Below are positions 42,615-52,250 of a stretch of 64,000 nt of DNA, one piece after another. Position 1 is the first letter of the stretch; the number at the start of each line of letters is the position of its first letter. The notes under the pieces are model-generated. The model did not search any database. It was not told where the DNA came from and was given only the letters and a program-made list of their open reading frames with translations. The DNA comes from Cyanobacteriota bacterium (GTDB taxonomy: Bacteria > Acidobacteriota > Vicinamibacteria > Vicinamibacterales > UBA2999): the NCBI GenBank assembly GCA_019752015.1, contig JAIEMQ010000015.1, forward strand, positions 140,205-204,204, written 5' to 3'. The position numbers and the translations under genes are program-made.

Positions 42615-44494
42615 GAATTCGCGGCGAAGTGTGCAATGACGGCATCGGCGACTTTTGTCCCAACGACCCGGGCAAGCTCTTCACGCGTCGCTCTTCGCAC
42701 ACCAGAAAGGCTGCCAAATGCCGTCAGCAGAGTCTTGCGGCGGCGCAGGCCGATGCCAGGCACGACATCGAGCTCCGATTGCAGATCCCGTTTACGCCGG
42801 GACTGACGATGGAACGTGATCGCAAACCGATGGGCCTCGTCGCGAATCCGTTGCAGCAGCCGCAGCGCGTTGCCGTGCGTGTCGAGCGCAAGGGGCTCCA
42901 TGCTGTCGCGCGTGAACACGAGCTCCTCTTTCTTCGCAAGACCGATCGCAACGAGATTCGACAAACCGATCGACTCGAGCGCGGCGTACGCGGCGTTCAA
43001 CTGTCCTTTGCCGCCGTCGATGACGATGAGATCCGGGAATGGGCCACCATTCTCGAGCACCTTCGAATATCGCCGGCGCACCACCTGCTCCATTGCCGCG
43101 AAATCATCGAGGAATCTCGCTTCGCTCGTATCGGGGCTTGGGACTTGGGGCTTGGGGCTTGGGAAGTCTTTCCTAATCTTGAATTTTCGGTACTCCGAGG
43201 GACGCATGCGGCCCTCTTCGCACACCACCATCGACGCGACCGTTTCGCTGCCCTGGATGGTCGAGATGTCGAAGCAATCGATGCGCCGCGGCAGCTTCGG
43301 CAATCGCAGCGCGGCCTGCAGTGATTCGAGGGCATCGTAATTGGCGGTGGCATTCGTATCGAAACGCTGTCGATAGCCGAGCGCGGCGTTGCGATGCGCG
43401 AGCTCCATCATGCCCTTCTTGGTGCCGCGCTGTGGCACGACGATGCGAACTTTCCGATCCACCTTCTGACCCAGCCACTCCTCGAGCACTTGCGGGTCCG
43501 CCGGCGCGACCGGCACGTGGATCTCCGGCGGCGGCTCGTGCTCCAGGTAGAACTGTTGAATCGCAGCTTCGATGATGCCAGCCTCGGGCTCTTGATTCTG
43601 AGCCATCCGTGCCATCTGTGGCCCGCTTTCGGCGGCCCACATCAGCTCGATGCGCTCGATCACGCGCCCGCCGCGAACGATGAACACCTGCACGACCGCG
43701 CCGCTCGCGCCGGCCTTGACGCCGAACACGTCTCTGTCGCCGAGCTCCGCCGACGCCATTTTCTGTTGGCGCTCGCGAAGCGTCTCGACCGTGCGCATTG
43801 CATCCCGCAGCTGCGCCGCTTCCTCGTAGCGCTGATCGCCCGAGGCTTCGAGCATGCGCCCGCGCAGCTGATCGGCGAGCTCGTCGTTGCGGCCTTCGAG
43901 AAACAGCTTCGTATCCGCAACCGCCACCGCGTAGCGCTCTTCGCTGCAGATCGACACGACACACGGCGCCAGGCAGCGCTTGATGTCGTATTCGAGGCAC
44001 GGCCGTTGACGCGTGCCGGTGATCACCTCGTTGCACGAGCGGATGCCAAACACCTTGTGCGTCAGCGACATCGTCCGGCGCGCGAATTTCGCCGGCAGGA
44101 ACGGCCCCGCATACATGTTGCCGTCGCGCTCCACCGATCGGGCCACCAGGACGCGCGGGAACTGCTCCGTCGTCGTCAGCTGCAGGTAGGGATAATTCTT
44201 GTCGTCGCGCAGCAGGATGTTGTAGCGCGGCGATCGCTGCTTGATGACGTTGTTTTCGAGCGCCAGCGCTTCCACCACCGAATCGGTGACGATCACCTCG
44301 ATGCGCGTCGCCTCGTCCAGCAACGCGTCGTGGCGCGGGCTCATCCCATAGGCATTCAGGTACGAGCGCGTGCGATCGCGCAACGATCGGGCCTTGCCGA
44401 CGTAAAGCGTCTCGCCTTTCGCGTTGTAGTAGATGTAGATGCCCGGCTGCTCAGGCAGCCGCGCCATCTGCTCTCGTAGATCCTGAATCGCCAC
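42611..44494 (-). CDS. uvrC: excinuclease ABC subunit C
   Basis: GIY-YIG start (GIYIYYN...LYVGKA), C-terminal HhH. Contains the GGGGCTT repeat insert. Confidence 0.95.
   Translation of the reverse strand: MAIQDLREQMARLPEQPGIYIYYNAKGETLYVGKARSLRDRTRSYLNAYGMSPRHDALLDEATRIEVIVTDSVVEALALENNVIKQRSPRYNILLRDDKNYPYLQLTTTEQFPRVLVARSVERDGNMYAGPFLPAKFARRTMSLTHKVFGIRSCNEVITGTRQRPCLEYDIKRCLAPCVVSICSEERYAVAVADTKLFLEGRNDELADQLRGRMLEASGDQRYEEAAQLRDAMRTVETLRERQQKMASAELGDRDVFGVKAGASGAVVQVFIVRGGRVIERIELMWAAESGPQMARMAQNQEPEAGIIEAAIQQFYLEHEPPPEIHVPVAPADPQVLEEWLGQKVDRKVRIVVPQRGTKKGMMELAHRNAALGYRQRFDTNATANYDALESLQAALRLPKLPRRIDCFDISTIQGSETVASMVVCEEGRMRPSEYRKFKIRKDFPSPKPQVPSPDTSEARFLDDFAAMEQVVRRRYSKVLENGGPFPDLIVIDGGKGQLNAAYAALESIGLSNLVAIGLAKKEELVFTRDSMEPLALDTHGNALRLLQRIRDEAHRFAITFHRQSRRKRDLQSELDVVPGIGLRRRKTLLTAFGSLSGVRRATREELARVVGTKVADAVIAHFAANS
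43133..43163. repeat. GGRCTTG heptamer array inside uvrC
   Basis: ggggcttgggacttggggcttggggcttggg. Encodes PSPKPQVPSP on the minus strand. Same repeat as 24071 and 48751. Confidence 0.9.
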
Positions 44495-44665
44495 CGGGAG
44501 TTCCTACCAGTTTAGATGCTGACGGGTTTCATGGCACGTATGTGACATCGGCTGCAGCCGAAGGAGACCCAGCCATGTTGGCGTTCGTTCGCACTGCCGC
44601 GCTGGCCGCGGCACGCCGGATGCGCGACGTGGTGCAGGAGTCAGACGGCGCGATCCTCGCGTTGA

Positions 44666-45647
44666 CTACCAGTACAACTTCAGGCCGAGCTGAATTTCGC
44701 GGGCGGCGCGGGTGGCAATGATTTGCCCGAAGCGATCGCCCGCGACATTGCACGTCGTGGCCGAGAAGGTGCACGTGTTGTCGAGGCCGTGGACCGCCGG
44801 ATCCGCCAGCCACTGGCGCTGATCGAACGCGTTGATCAACTCCGCCCTGAACTGCATCCGCACGGTGCTCGTCGGATAGAAGTTCTTCGAGAAGTTCAGG
44901 TCCCACTGGTGGCGTCCCGGCTGGCGGAACGGCGCGCGTCCGGAGTTGCCGAACGTGCCCGCCGCCGGACGCGATGATCTTGAACTGCTCGATCGACTCG
45001 AGAGTCGGAGTGGACAGCAGCGTGATGTTGCTGCCGACGTCGACGTTCATGACGCCGTCGACCAGCCAGTTCACCGCGTTTCGGCGCGTGCCGTTGACGG
45101 AGATGCTCGTGTTGCTCGTCAGGCCGAGCGACACTTCGTCGGCGAAGTCGCTGGACACGCCGGGCGCGAGCTCAACCAGCTTGGCGAAATGGCGGTTGTT
45201 GATCGGCAGCTCCTGGACCTGTCGTGAGTCGATCAGGTTCTGGACCGCCGTCGTCGTCTGGACGAGCGTCTGGCCGGTGACCTCGACGACTTCGGCCACG
45301 CCGCCGGTCGCCATCGTCGCATCGACCTGGATGCGATCGTTGACGTTAAGGGTGATCCCTCGGACCGTGCGGGTCTGGAAGCCTGACAGGGTGAACGTCG
45401 CCTCGTAGTTGCCAATCGGCAGCAGCGGCACGAGATCACCGCCTTCGGCGCTGGTCGTGCTCTCGAACACGCGGCCGGTGCCGACGTGTTTGAGGCTGAC
45501 GACGACTCCCGGAAGTACGCCACCGCTGGCATCCTTCACAGTGCCGGTTACAGTTGCGGTGATTTCTTGAGCGCTGGCGGAAGGGACCGAGAGGGCAAAC
45601 AGAGCGAGACTACAACACAGGGCAAAACACCAACGGCGTATATACAT
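44666..45647 (-). pseudogene. TonB-dependent receptor remnant with a large internal out-of-frame deletion
   Basis: N-terminal about 240 aa: signal peptide, CarboxypepD_reg (TVTGTVKDASGGVLPGVVV) and plug start. The C-terminal frame reads GTFGNSGRAPFRQPGRHQWDLNFSKNFY...REIQLGLKLYW. The two are joined at about 44955-44975, so the barrel is missing. Confidence 0.75.
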
Positions 45648-45730
45648 CCTCCGAACTGGAAGGTACCGCAGATTTACATCATGGTTACCTTGAGTCTGCA
45701 CGGTGCCATCGGGTACGCTAATCGGCGCTC

Positions 45731-46483
45731 ATGACCTTCACTGGCGCGATCGGCGCCGTCTTCTGGCTCCCCCTCAGGGCCCTCATCAACCTCACCGTCT
45801 CCCTGGGCATTCACCCTAACGTCCTGACGCTGATCGGCGTGCTGATCAACGTCGTGGCCGCGTGGTATCTGGCGACGAACCACTTCATCATCGCCGGCCT
45901 CGTGATGATCCTGGCGAACGTCTTCGACATGATCGACGGGAAGGTGGCGCACATCGCCGGCAAGCAGTCACTGTTCGGCGCCTTCTGGGATTCGACGCTC
46001 GACCGCTTCTCCGATCTCGCGCTCTTCACCGGCTTGATCTGGCTCTATGCGGAGCTCGGCAGGAACGGCTACGTGTTGATCGCGACGCTGGCGTTGATCT
46101 TCTCGATCATGACGAGCTACGCGCGCGCCCGCGCCGAGTCGCTGATCCAGAAATGCAAGGTCGGATTCATGGAGCGGCCGGAGCGCATCGTGCTGTTCAT
46201 GATCGGCGCCTTCACCAATCGCATGGCCGGCGTCCTGTGGGTGATCCTCGTGCTCGCGATCATCACTGTGAGCAACCGGATTCACTACACGTATCTCGTG
46301 TTGAACAACAAGCCGATGCCGGCCGGCTGGTTCGCGCGGTTCTTCTTCTGGCAGGACGAACGCGCCACGCTCCCCTACGACATCTGGGTGATCGTGATTC
46401 TCGCGTTCGTGTGGCTGGTGCCGCCGGACTGGATTAGCGATCCGACGGCAACCGGAATGGGCTTACTTTCGTTTCTTCGATAA
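45731..46483 (+). CDS. CDP-alcohol phosphatidyltransferase family protein
   Basis: DMIDGKVAH...GAFWDSTLDRFSD matches D(x)2DG(x)2AR...G(x)3D(x)3D. Confidence 0.88.
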   Translation: MTFTGAIGAVFWLPLRALINLTVSLGIHPNVLTLIGVLINVVAAWYLATNHFIIAGLVMILANVFDMIDGKVAHIAGKQSLFGAFWDSTLDRFSDLALFTGLIWLYAELGRNGYVLIATLALIFSIMTSYARARAESLIQKCKVGFMERPERIVLFMIGAFTNRMAGVLWVILVLAIITVSNRIHYTYLVLNNKPMPAGWFARFFFWQDERATLPYDIWVIVILAFVWLVPPDWISDPTATGMGLLSFLR

Positions 46484-46484
46484 C

Positions 46485-46504
46485 GGCGGCACTGAAGTGC
46501 CGCC
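46485..46504. terminator. 8-bp GC hairpin between convergent ORFs
   Basis: ggcggcac-tgaa-gtgccgcc. A T-rich run (gtttcttttt) lies about 10 nt downstream on the plus strand. Confidence 0.5.
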
Positions 46505-46564
46505 CTACCGGCGTTTCTTTTTCGTCTTCGGCTTGTAGCTGCCCCAGACAGCTTTTCTCGCCAT
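46505..46564 (-). CDS. candidate 19-aa highly basic peptide (possibly bTHX-like)
   Basis: ATG preceded by GGAG with a 6-nt spacer. Translates to MARKAVWGSYKPKTKKKRR. The stop abuts the hairpin. Confidence 0.35.
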   Translation of the reverse strand: MARKAVWGSYKPKTKKKRR

Positions 46565-46615
46565 CGTTGTCTCCGTCCAAGCCGCCGCTCCGGAGGAGCG
46601 GCCAGCTAAATAGGT

Positions 46616-47476
46616 TTAGGAAGCTTTGCGCTTCTTCGCCTTGATGCTCGTTACTTTCTTCGACGTGGCCTCCGCGGCCTTCGCCGTCTTCTTCTTCCCG
46701 GTGCTGACCTGATCGAGGCTCTTCCTCAGCGCCTCCATCAAATCAACGACCTTCGGTGGTGCGACTTCCTCCTGCGCCACGATCTCCTCGCCGGCAATCT
46801 TGGCGTCGATGATCTTGCGCAGGCCTTCCTGATATTCGTCCTTATAGTCGGCGAGGTTTAGATCCCCCTCGATGCTTTCGATCACTTGCCGTGCAAGCTT
46901 CATCTCGGCCGGGTTGACCTTGCCGCGCACTTCGCGCAGCTCGTCGATCTGATCGATGGTGCGGATCTCGGCGGCGTGATGCAGCGTGTACATCACCATG
47001 CCGTTCTTGTGCGGCTTGACAGCGACGAGGTACTCGCGGCCGTGAATGGCGACTTTGCCGATGCCGGCCTTGCCGGTCATGCCTTCACGCATCACCGAGT
47101 AGGCATCCGCGGCCATCGGCCCTTCGGGCGCGAGGTAATAGGTCTTGTCGACGTACATCGGATCGATCGCGTCGACGTCGGTGAACTGCAGCAGGTTGAT
47201 GATCTTGGTCGACTCGGTCTTGACCTTGGCGATGTCTTCTTCCTCGACCACCACCCAGCGGCCTTTCTCGAATTCGTAGCCCTTGACGATGTCGGCCTGC
47301 GTCAGCTCGATCTCGCACTTCGGGCACCACTTCTTCTGCTGGATCTTGGTCTGGCAGACGGCGTGAAGCTGGTTGAACGAGATGGTCGCGCTCGACTCGG
47401 TCGCCGGGTAAACCTTCACCGGAATCGTGACGAGGCTGACCTTGATGTAGCCCTTCCAGGTGGGACGTGCTGCCAT
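46616..47476 (-). CDS. ku: Ku protein (non-homologous end joining)
   Basis: MAARPTWKGYIKVSLVTIPVKVYPAT... and a basic C-terminal tail. Confidence 0.92.
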   Translation of the reverse strand: MAARPTWKGYIKVSLVTIPVKVYPATESSATISFNQLHAVCQTKIQQKKWCPKCEIELTQADIVKGYEFEKGRWVVVEEEDIAKVKTESTKIINLLQFTDVDAIDPMYVDKTYYLAPEGPMAADAYSVMREGMTGKAGIGKVAIHGREYLVAVKPHKNGMVMYTLHHAAEIRTIDQIDELREVRGKVNPAEMKLARQVIESIEGDLNLADYKDEYQEGLRKIIDAKIAGEEIVAQEEVAPPKVVDLMEALRKSLDQVSTGKKKTAKAAEATSKKVTSIKAKKRKAS

Positions 47477-47503
47477 GACTGCTGTCTCCTTATCGGACTT
47501 CGC

Positions 47504-47538
47504 GGGTTACCCGTTACAGGTTACAGGTTACGGGTTTA
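47504..47538. repeat. GGTTACN heptamer array
   Basis: gggttac ccgttac aggttac aggttac gggttta. Overlaps the stop of 47536..48126. Confidence 0.8.
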
Positions 47539-48126
47539 CACAGATTCGCGCGTGTCGCGGGTGCCGAGATGGATTCCCGGGCCCGCGTCGAACTCGATGG
47601 CGTGCTCACCGATCTTATCCCTCAGGAAATGCCTGACCTCGCCGAGGTGCACGCCGGGTACCCGGAGCCGGCGCGCCAGCGTTTTCTGTCGTGACGCGAG
47701 CACGAGCGTGTCGGTGCCCTTCCACGTGAGGCCGCCGATCTCGGTGTAGCGCATGAAACCGGAGTCTGTCCAGACGCCGTCCTCATAGAGGCCGCGGCGA
47801 ATGCGCGTCGAGAGCGGCAGCATGTAGCCGTAATACAGGAACATCATCGAGACGCCGAACATCGACGGCGCCGCGTTCCAGCCGCGCTTTTGATATTCGA
47901 TCTCGACGTACGCCGTGACGAACAGGAGGATACCGAGCAGCACGCCGATCGCGAGGTTGATGGCGTAGAACGGCGGCCGCGGCCCGGGCCAGACGACGAT
48001 CGCCTGCTTGCGGATGCGCCACCAACGGGCGATCTGCCAGCCGACGTTGACATCCACGATCACGAACAGCACACCGAGCGCGAGCAGGGCTTGCCGAAGC
48101 AGCGGGGCAAGCTCCTGCGACGTCAT
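47536..48126 (-). CDS. membrane protein, hypothetical
   Basis: Start [10 protein letters not shown] at 48126 (ATGA overlap with the tdk stop). Four predicted hydrophobic segments. Confidence 0.6.
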   Translation of the reverse strand: MTSQELAPLLRQALLALGVLFVIVDVNVGWQIARWWRIRKQAIVVWPGPRPPFYAINLAIGVLLGILLFVTAYVEIEYQKRGWNAAPSMFGVSMMFLYYGYMLPLSTRIRRGLYEDGVWTDSGFMRYTEIGGLTWKGTDTLVLASRQKTLARRLRVPGVHLGEVRHFLRDKIGEHAIEFDAGPGIHLGTRDTRESV

Positions 48127-48737
48127 CGCGCTTTCCCGGCCGCTTCCCGGATCGCCCTGGTCTCCTCTTCGCGCGACAGCGTGGGATCGAAGCAGTGACG
48201 GCAGCGCGCCTCGTAGGTGCCCTGCGCGCCGAGCAGCACGCGATCCGAGCTGACGACGAGACGCTGCGTGTGGTTCGCGGGATTGCCGCACACCATGCAG
48301 ATGGCGCGCGTCTTGGTGATGTATTCCGCGATCGCCAGCAGCTGCGGCATGGGCTCGAAGGGCTTGCCGAGGTAGTCCTGATCGAGTCCGGCGACGATGA
48401 CGCGAACGCCGCGGCGCGCCAGTTCCGACGCGACCGCCGGCAGCTCCGCGTCGAAGAACTGTCCTTCGTCGATGCCGACGACTTCGGTGTCCCGGCGAAC
48501 CTGCTCGAGCAGTTCTTTCGCGGTCTTCGCGGTGTCCGATGGGATCCGCAATTCGCTGTGCGACACGATGTGATCGGTCGCGTATCGCGTATCGACGGAG
48601 GGCTTGAAGATCTGGACGCGCTGGCGGGCAATCTGGGCGCGTCGCAGGCGGCGAATCAGCTCTTCGCTCTTGCCGCTGAACATGCTCCCGACGACGACCT
48701 CAATCCAGCCCGTCGCCGGGGTCCGAACTACATCCAT
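48123..48737 (-). CDS. tdk: thymidine kinase
   Basis: [15 protein letters not shown]-loop and C-terminal Cys zinc ribbon CMVCG...CRHC. Confidence 0.93.
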   Translation of the reverse strand: MDVVRTPATGWIEVVVGSMFSGKSEELIRRLRRAQIARQRVQIFKPSVDTRYATDHIVSHSELRIPSDTAKTAKELLEQVRRDTEVVGIDEGQFFDAELPAVASELARRGVRVIVAGLDQDYLGKPFEPMPQLLAIAEYITKTRAICMVCGNPANHTQRLVVSSDRVLLGAQGTYEARCRHCFDPTLSREEETRAIREAAGKAR

Positions 48738-48750
48738 CGCCCAATTATAT

Positions 48751-48799
48751 GGGCTTGGGGCTTGGGGCTTGGGGCTTGGGGCTTGGGGCTTGGGGCTTG
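48751..48799. repeat. GGGGCTT heptamer x7 (G-quadruplex-type motif)
   Basis: gggcttggggcttggggcttggggcttggggcttggggcttggggcttg, between the efp stop and the tdk start. Confidence 0.92.
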
Positions 48800-48800
48800 A

Positions 48801-49367
48801 CTACGCGCGCGTCTGGTATTCGCCGGTTTCCGTATTGACGCGAATCACGTCGCCTTCGTTGATGAACGGCGGCACCTGGACGACTACGCCGGTCTCGAGC
48901 TTGGCGGGCTTCAACTGATTGGTCGCGGTCGCGCCCTTGATGCCGGGCGTCGTCTCGATGACCTTCAAATCCACGACCTGCGGGATCTCGATGCCGATCG
49001 GGTTCTCGCCGTAAAACTCGACCTCGACGTGCATGTCGGGCAGCAGGAAGCCGACCGTGTCGCCCAGCAGATCCGCGTTCAGCTGCACCTGGTCGAACGT
49101 GGTGGTGTCCATGAAGTGGTAGCCGTCACCATCGTTGTAGAGGTACTGCATCTCCTTCTGCTCGAGCGACACGCGCTCGACGATGTCTTCCGAGCGGAAC
49201 TTCTCCTCGGCCATCGATCCGTTCTGGATGTTGCGCATCTTGATACGGACGAAGCCGCGGAGGTTGCCGGGCGTGACGTGCATGCGGTCGAAAATCCGGT
49301 ACAGCTTGTTGTCGACCTTGATGATCATGCCCTTGCGGAGCTGGGTTGCGAGCAGGTTGTCAGCCAT
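48801..49367 (-). CDS. efp: elongation factor P
   Basis: KVDNKLYRI...HVTPGNLRGFVRIKMRN and an OB-domain C-terminus. Confidence 0.93.
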   Translation of the reverse strand: MADNLLATQLRKGMIIKVDNKLYRIFDRMHVTPGNLRGFVRIKMRNIQNGSMAEEKFRSEDIVERVSLEQKEMQYLYNDGDGYHFMDTTTFDQVQLNADLLGDTVGFLLPDMHVEVEFYGENPIGIEIPQVVDLKVIETTPGIKGATATNQLKPAKLETGVVVQVPPFINEGDVIRVNTETGEYQTRA

Positions 49368-49431
49368 AAAGCCTTTGTAATCAGGTAGTAGAACCTATCG
49401 AATATAACACATGTGCTACGATGGCTGAATC

Positions 49432-49833
49432 GTGGTCTTTGCTCGCTGGGACCCATTCCGCGACCTGATTCGCATCCAGCATGGCCTCGAGCGCCTCGCG
49501 TCTCATGGCCCGCAGGGCTGGGCGCCGGCCGTCGACCTGTGCGAAACGACGGATGCATTTATTTTCACAGCCGAGCTCCCCGGCCTGTCGCGTGAGCAGG
49601 TGCGCATCGACGTCCAGGAAAATCGCGTGACGCTGGCGGGCCGCCGCGAAGCGCGCGTGTCCTGCGAGCAATATCACCAGGTCGAGCGGGGGCATGGCGA
49701 GTTCATGCGCACGTTCGTGCTCTCGCATCCGGTCAATGCCGAAGGCGTGACCGCCGATCTCACTGACGGCGTCCTGACCATCACCGTGCCGAAGCAGCCC
49801 GTCGAAGCGCCCAGACGCGTCGTCGTTTCCTGA
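49432..49833 (+). CDS. Hsp20/alpha-crystallin family small heat-shock protein
   Basis: WDPFRDL, PAVDLCETTDAFIFTAELPG, GVLTITVPK. Confidence 0.9.
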   Translation: MVFARWDPFRDLIRIQHGLERLASHGPQGWAPAVDLCETTDAFIFTAELPGLSREQVRIDVQENRVTLAGRREARVSCEQYHQVERGHGEFMRTFVLSHPVNAEGVTADLTDGVLTITVPKQPVEAPRRVVVS

Positions 49834-49845
49834 CGTCTAACTAAC

Positions 49846-51024
49846 GTGTTGAAGAAGCTTTCCATGCTGAGCCTGCTGGTTGCAGGCGTCATTGTCGGCA
49901 TTGTCATCTCCGGGCGCGCCGTCGATCGGCCCGAGATCATCGCGCGGACGCCCGAGGCCGGCGCGGAATCAACCGCACCGCCGGCGGAACAAGCCGTTGC
50001 GGCAGCGCCCACATCAGGACCTGATTTCACGCGGGTCGCGGCGCAAACGGTTCGAGCGGTCACCAACATTTCGTCGGTGCAGGTCGTGCGGCGATCGGCA
50101 TCGCCGCTTTCGAACGATCCCTTCTTCCAGTATTTCTTCGGCGATCAGGGCGATGTGTTCGGGCGCAGCCGCGCCGAGCAGAGCCTCGGATCGGGTGTCG
50201 TGATTTCTCCCGACGGCTACGTGGTCACGAACAATCACGTGATTGGAGACGACGTCGCCGAAGTGACGGTGACGGTGGGCGATCATCGTGACGTCAAGGC
50301 GAAGATCATCGGGGTCGATTCGTGGACGGACCTTGGCCTGTTGAAGATCGATGCAACGAATCTGCCGGTGATTCCGTGGGGCGATTCCTCGAAGCTGAAA
50401 GTCGCGGAATGGGTGATGGCGGTCGGTAATCCCTTTTCGCTCAATCAGACGGTAACGCTCGGCATCGTCAGCGCGCTCGGCCGGGCGAATGTCGGCATCA
50501 CGCAGTACGAGGACTTCATCCAGACCGACGCGGCGATCAATCCCGGCAACTCCGGCGGCGCGTTGATCAACGGCCGCGGCGAGCTGGTCGGCATCAACAC
50601 CGCGATCTTTTCGCAGAGCGGCGGCTACCAGGGCATCGGGTTCGCGGTACCCAGTAATCTCGTCCGCCGCGTCGTGGACGATCTACAGAAGTTCGGGCGG
50701 GTGCGCCGCGGCTCGATCGGCTACGTGGAAGTGATTCCGCTGACGGCGCGCCTTGCCGGCGAGCTGCGCGCGCCGGCCGGCGACGGCATTGTCGTCAACC
50801 AGATGGCACGGGATTCGGCGGCATATCGCAACGGTCTCGAGCCGGGCGATGTGATCATCTCCGTCAACGACAAGGCCATCGTCGATCCCTCGCAATTCGT
50901 GCGCATGATCGCCGACAGCAGCATCGGCACCACGGTGCGTGTCGAGATCCTGCGCGACGGCAAGCGGTCCACTCTCAGAATTCCCGTCGAGGCCCAGCAA
51001 GAGCGTCGCGTCCGTCGTAGATGA
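49846..51024 (+). CDS. htrA: Do/HtrA family serine protease with one PDZ domain
   Basis: TNNHV, DLGLLKI, GNSGGAL catalytic triad context. Confidence 0.9.
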   Translation: MLKKLSMLSLLVAGVIVGIVISGRAVDRPEIIARTPEAGAESTAPPAEQAVAAAPTSGPDFTRVAAQTVRAVTNISSVQVVRRSASPLSNDPFFQYFFGDQGDVFGRSRAEQSLGSGVVISPDGYVVTNNHVIGDDVAEVTVTVGDHRDVKAKIIGVDSWTDLGLLKIDATNLPVIPWGDSSKLKVAEWVMAVGNPFSLNQTVTLGIVSALGRANVGITQYEDFIQTDAAINPGNSGGALINGRGELVGINTAIFSQSGGYQGIGFAVPSNLVRRVVDDLQKFGRVRRGSIGYVEVIPLTARLAGELRAPAGDGIVVNQMARDSAAYRNGLEPGDVIISVNDKAIVDPSQFVRMIADSSIGTTVRVEILRDGKRSTLRIPVEAQQERRVRRR

Positions 51025-52148
51025 TGCAGGCGCCAGTCACGCCGCCGGCGCTGCCCGCCATGTTCAGTCTTGAAGCCGCTGCTGCCGTCGCGATCGCGGC
51101 GCTGATCGCGTCGGCGATCGCGCTGCTGGTCGGGTCGTTGACGCGGCGGCTGCTGCTGTCCATCGAGGGCGAGCGTTTCCACACGCAGCCGATCGCGAAC
51201 GCGACCGTGCGCGCGGTGCGCGGCGTCACGTTCGTGCTGGTGCTGCTGGTCCTGCTCTTCCCCGCGCTCGATCTGGCCGGCGTCAAGCTCACGGTCGGCC
51301 TGCATCCCGAAGAGATCACGCAGTGGGCGACGGAGAGCGGCGCCCGTATCCTGCTGCTCATTCTGCTCGCCTTTGCCGCCAATCGTTTCGCGGCGTCGGT
51401 GATCCGCAATGCGGAGCACGAGATCGCCGAGGGCGACGATCATCGGACGCTGGAACGCCGCAAGCGGCTCCAAACGGTCGGCGCCACGTCGCGGCGGTTT
51501 TTCTCGATCCTGATCTGGAGTGCGGCGCTGCTGATGGTGTTGCGCGAGCTCGACGTCGACATCACGCCGGTGCTGACGGGCGCCGGCATCATCGGCCTGG
51601 CGGTCGGCTTCGGCGCGCAGACGCTGGTCAAGGACATCATCTCGGGGTTGTTCCTGATCGCCGAGGATCAAGTGCGGCTTGGCGACGTCGCCGAGATCAA
51701 CGGCATTGGCGGCGCGGTCGAGGAGATCAATCTGCGCACGATCGTGCTGCGCGACCTCGAAGGCGTCCGGTATCACATCGCCAGCGGCGAGATTCGCATG
51801 CTGGCGAACAGGTCGAAGGACTTTGCCTACTATGTGATCGACATCGGCGTCGGATACGACGACGACACGGATCGCATTGTCGAGGCGGTTCGCGATGTCG
51901 CCCGGGACCTCCTACAGGATCCCGGCTACGGTTCATTCATTCTCGAGCCGCTCGAGGTGCTCGGCGTCGATGCCTTCAAGGCAACCGAGGTCACGCTGCG
52001 GTTCCGAATCAAGACGCTGCCGCTCAAGCAGTGGGACGTAGGCCGCGAGCTCAGGCGCAGGATCAAGAAAGCCTTTGATGCGCAGGGGATCCGCATTCCA
52101 GGCCCGCAACTGAATGTCACGCTGAAAAATCAGCAATCTGACGCCTGA
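51021..52148 (+). CDS. mechanosensitive ion channel (MscS) family protein
   Basis: TM segments followed by FLIAEDQVRLGDVAEI.G..G.VEEINLRTIVLRD. Confidence 0.85.
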   Translation: MMQAPVTPPALPAMFSLEAAAAVAIAALIASAIALLVGSLTRRLLLSIEGERFHTQPIANATVRAVRGVTFVLVLLVLLFPALDLAGVKLTVGLHPEEITQWATESGARILLLILLAFAANRFAASVIRNAEHEIAEGDDHRTLERRKRLQTVGATSRRFFSILIWSAALLMVLRELDVDITPVLTGAGIIGLAVGFGAQTLVKDIISGLFLIAEDQVRLGDVAEINGIGGAVEEINLRTIVLRDLEGVRYHIASGEIRMLANRSKDFAYYVIDIGVGYDDDTDRIVEAVRDVARDLLQDPGYGSFILEPLEVLGVDAFKATEVTLRFRIKTLPLKQWDVGRELRRRIKKAFDAQGIRIPGPQLNVTLKNQQSDA

Positions 52149-52250
52149 GATCTACTTCCGCACGTCTGCCACAGATCTGCCCGACATCTGCCTGAGGTCT
52201 GTCATGTCCGCTGCGCCTCATGCAGTGAGGCGATCGGCCCGTAGTCGGGC

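Noticed and set aside
44529-45701. 390-aa ORF taken as an intact outer-membrane protein
   Set aside because: Only the first about 240 aa are receptor-like and the rest is out-of-frame read-through. The true receptor C-terminus is in another frame (44666..44863 and upstream). It is therefore called a deletion remnant.
48751-48799. Short tandem arrays (also 58384..58433, 24071..24148, 47504..47538) considered as CRISPR
   Set aside because: The units are only 7-8 nt with no spacers, so these are microsatellite-type repeats.
52165-52233. Degenerate ATCTGCC-type repeats and a 7-bp hairpin (cgcctca-tgcag-tgaggcg) between convergent mscS and mpg
   Set aside because: The repeats are too degenerate and the hairpin too short and without a U-tract for a confident terminator or repeat-family call. 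Noted only as possibly related to the stop-codon palindromes.
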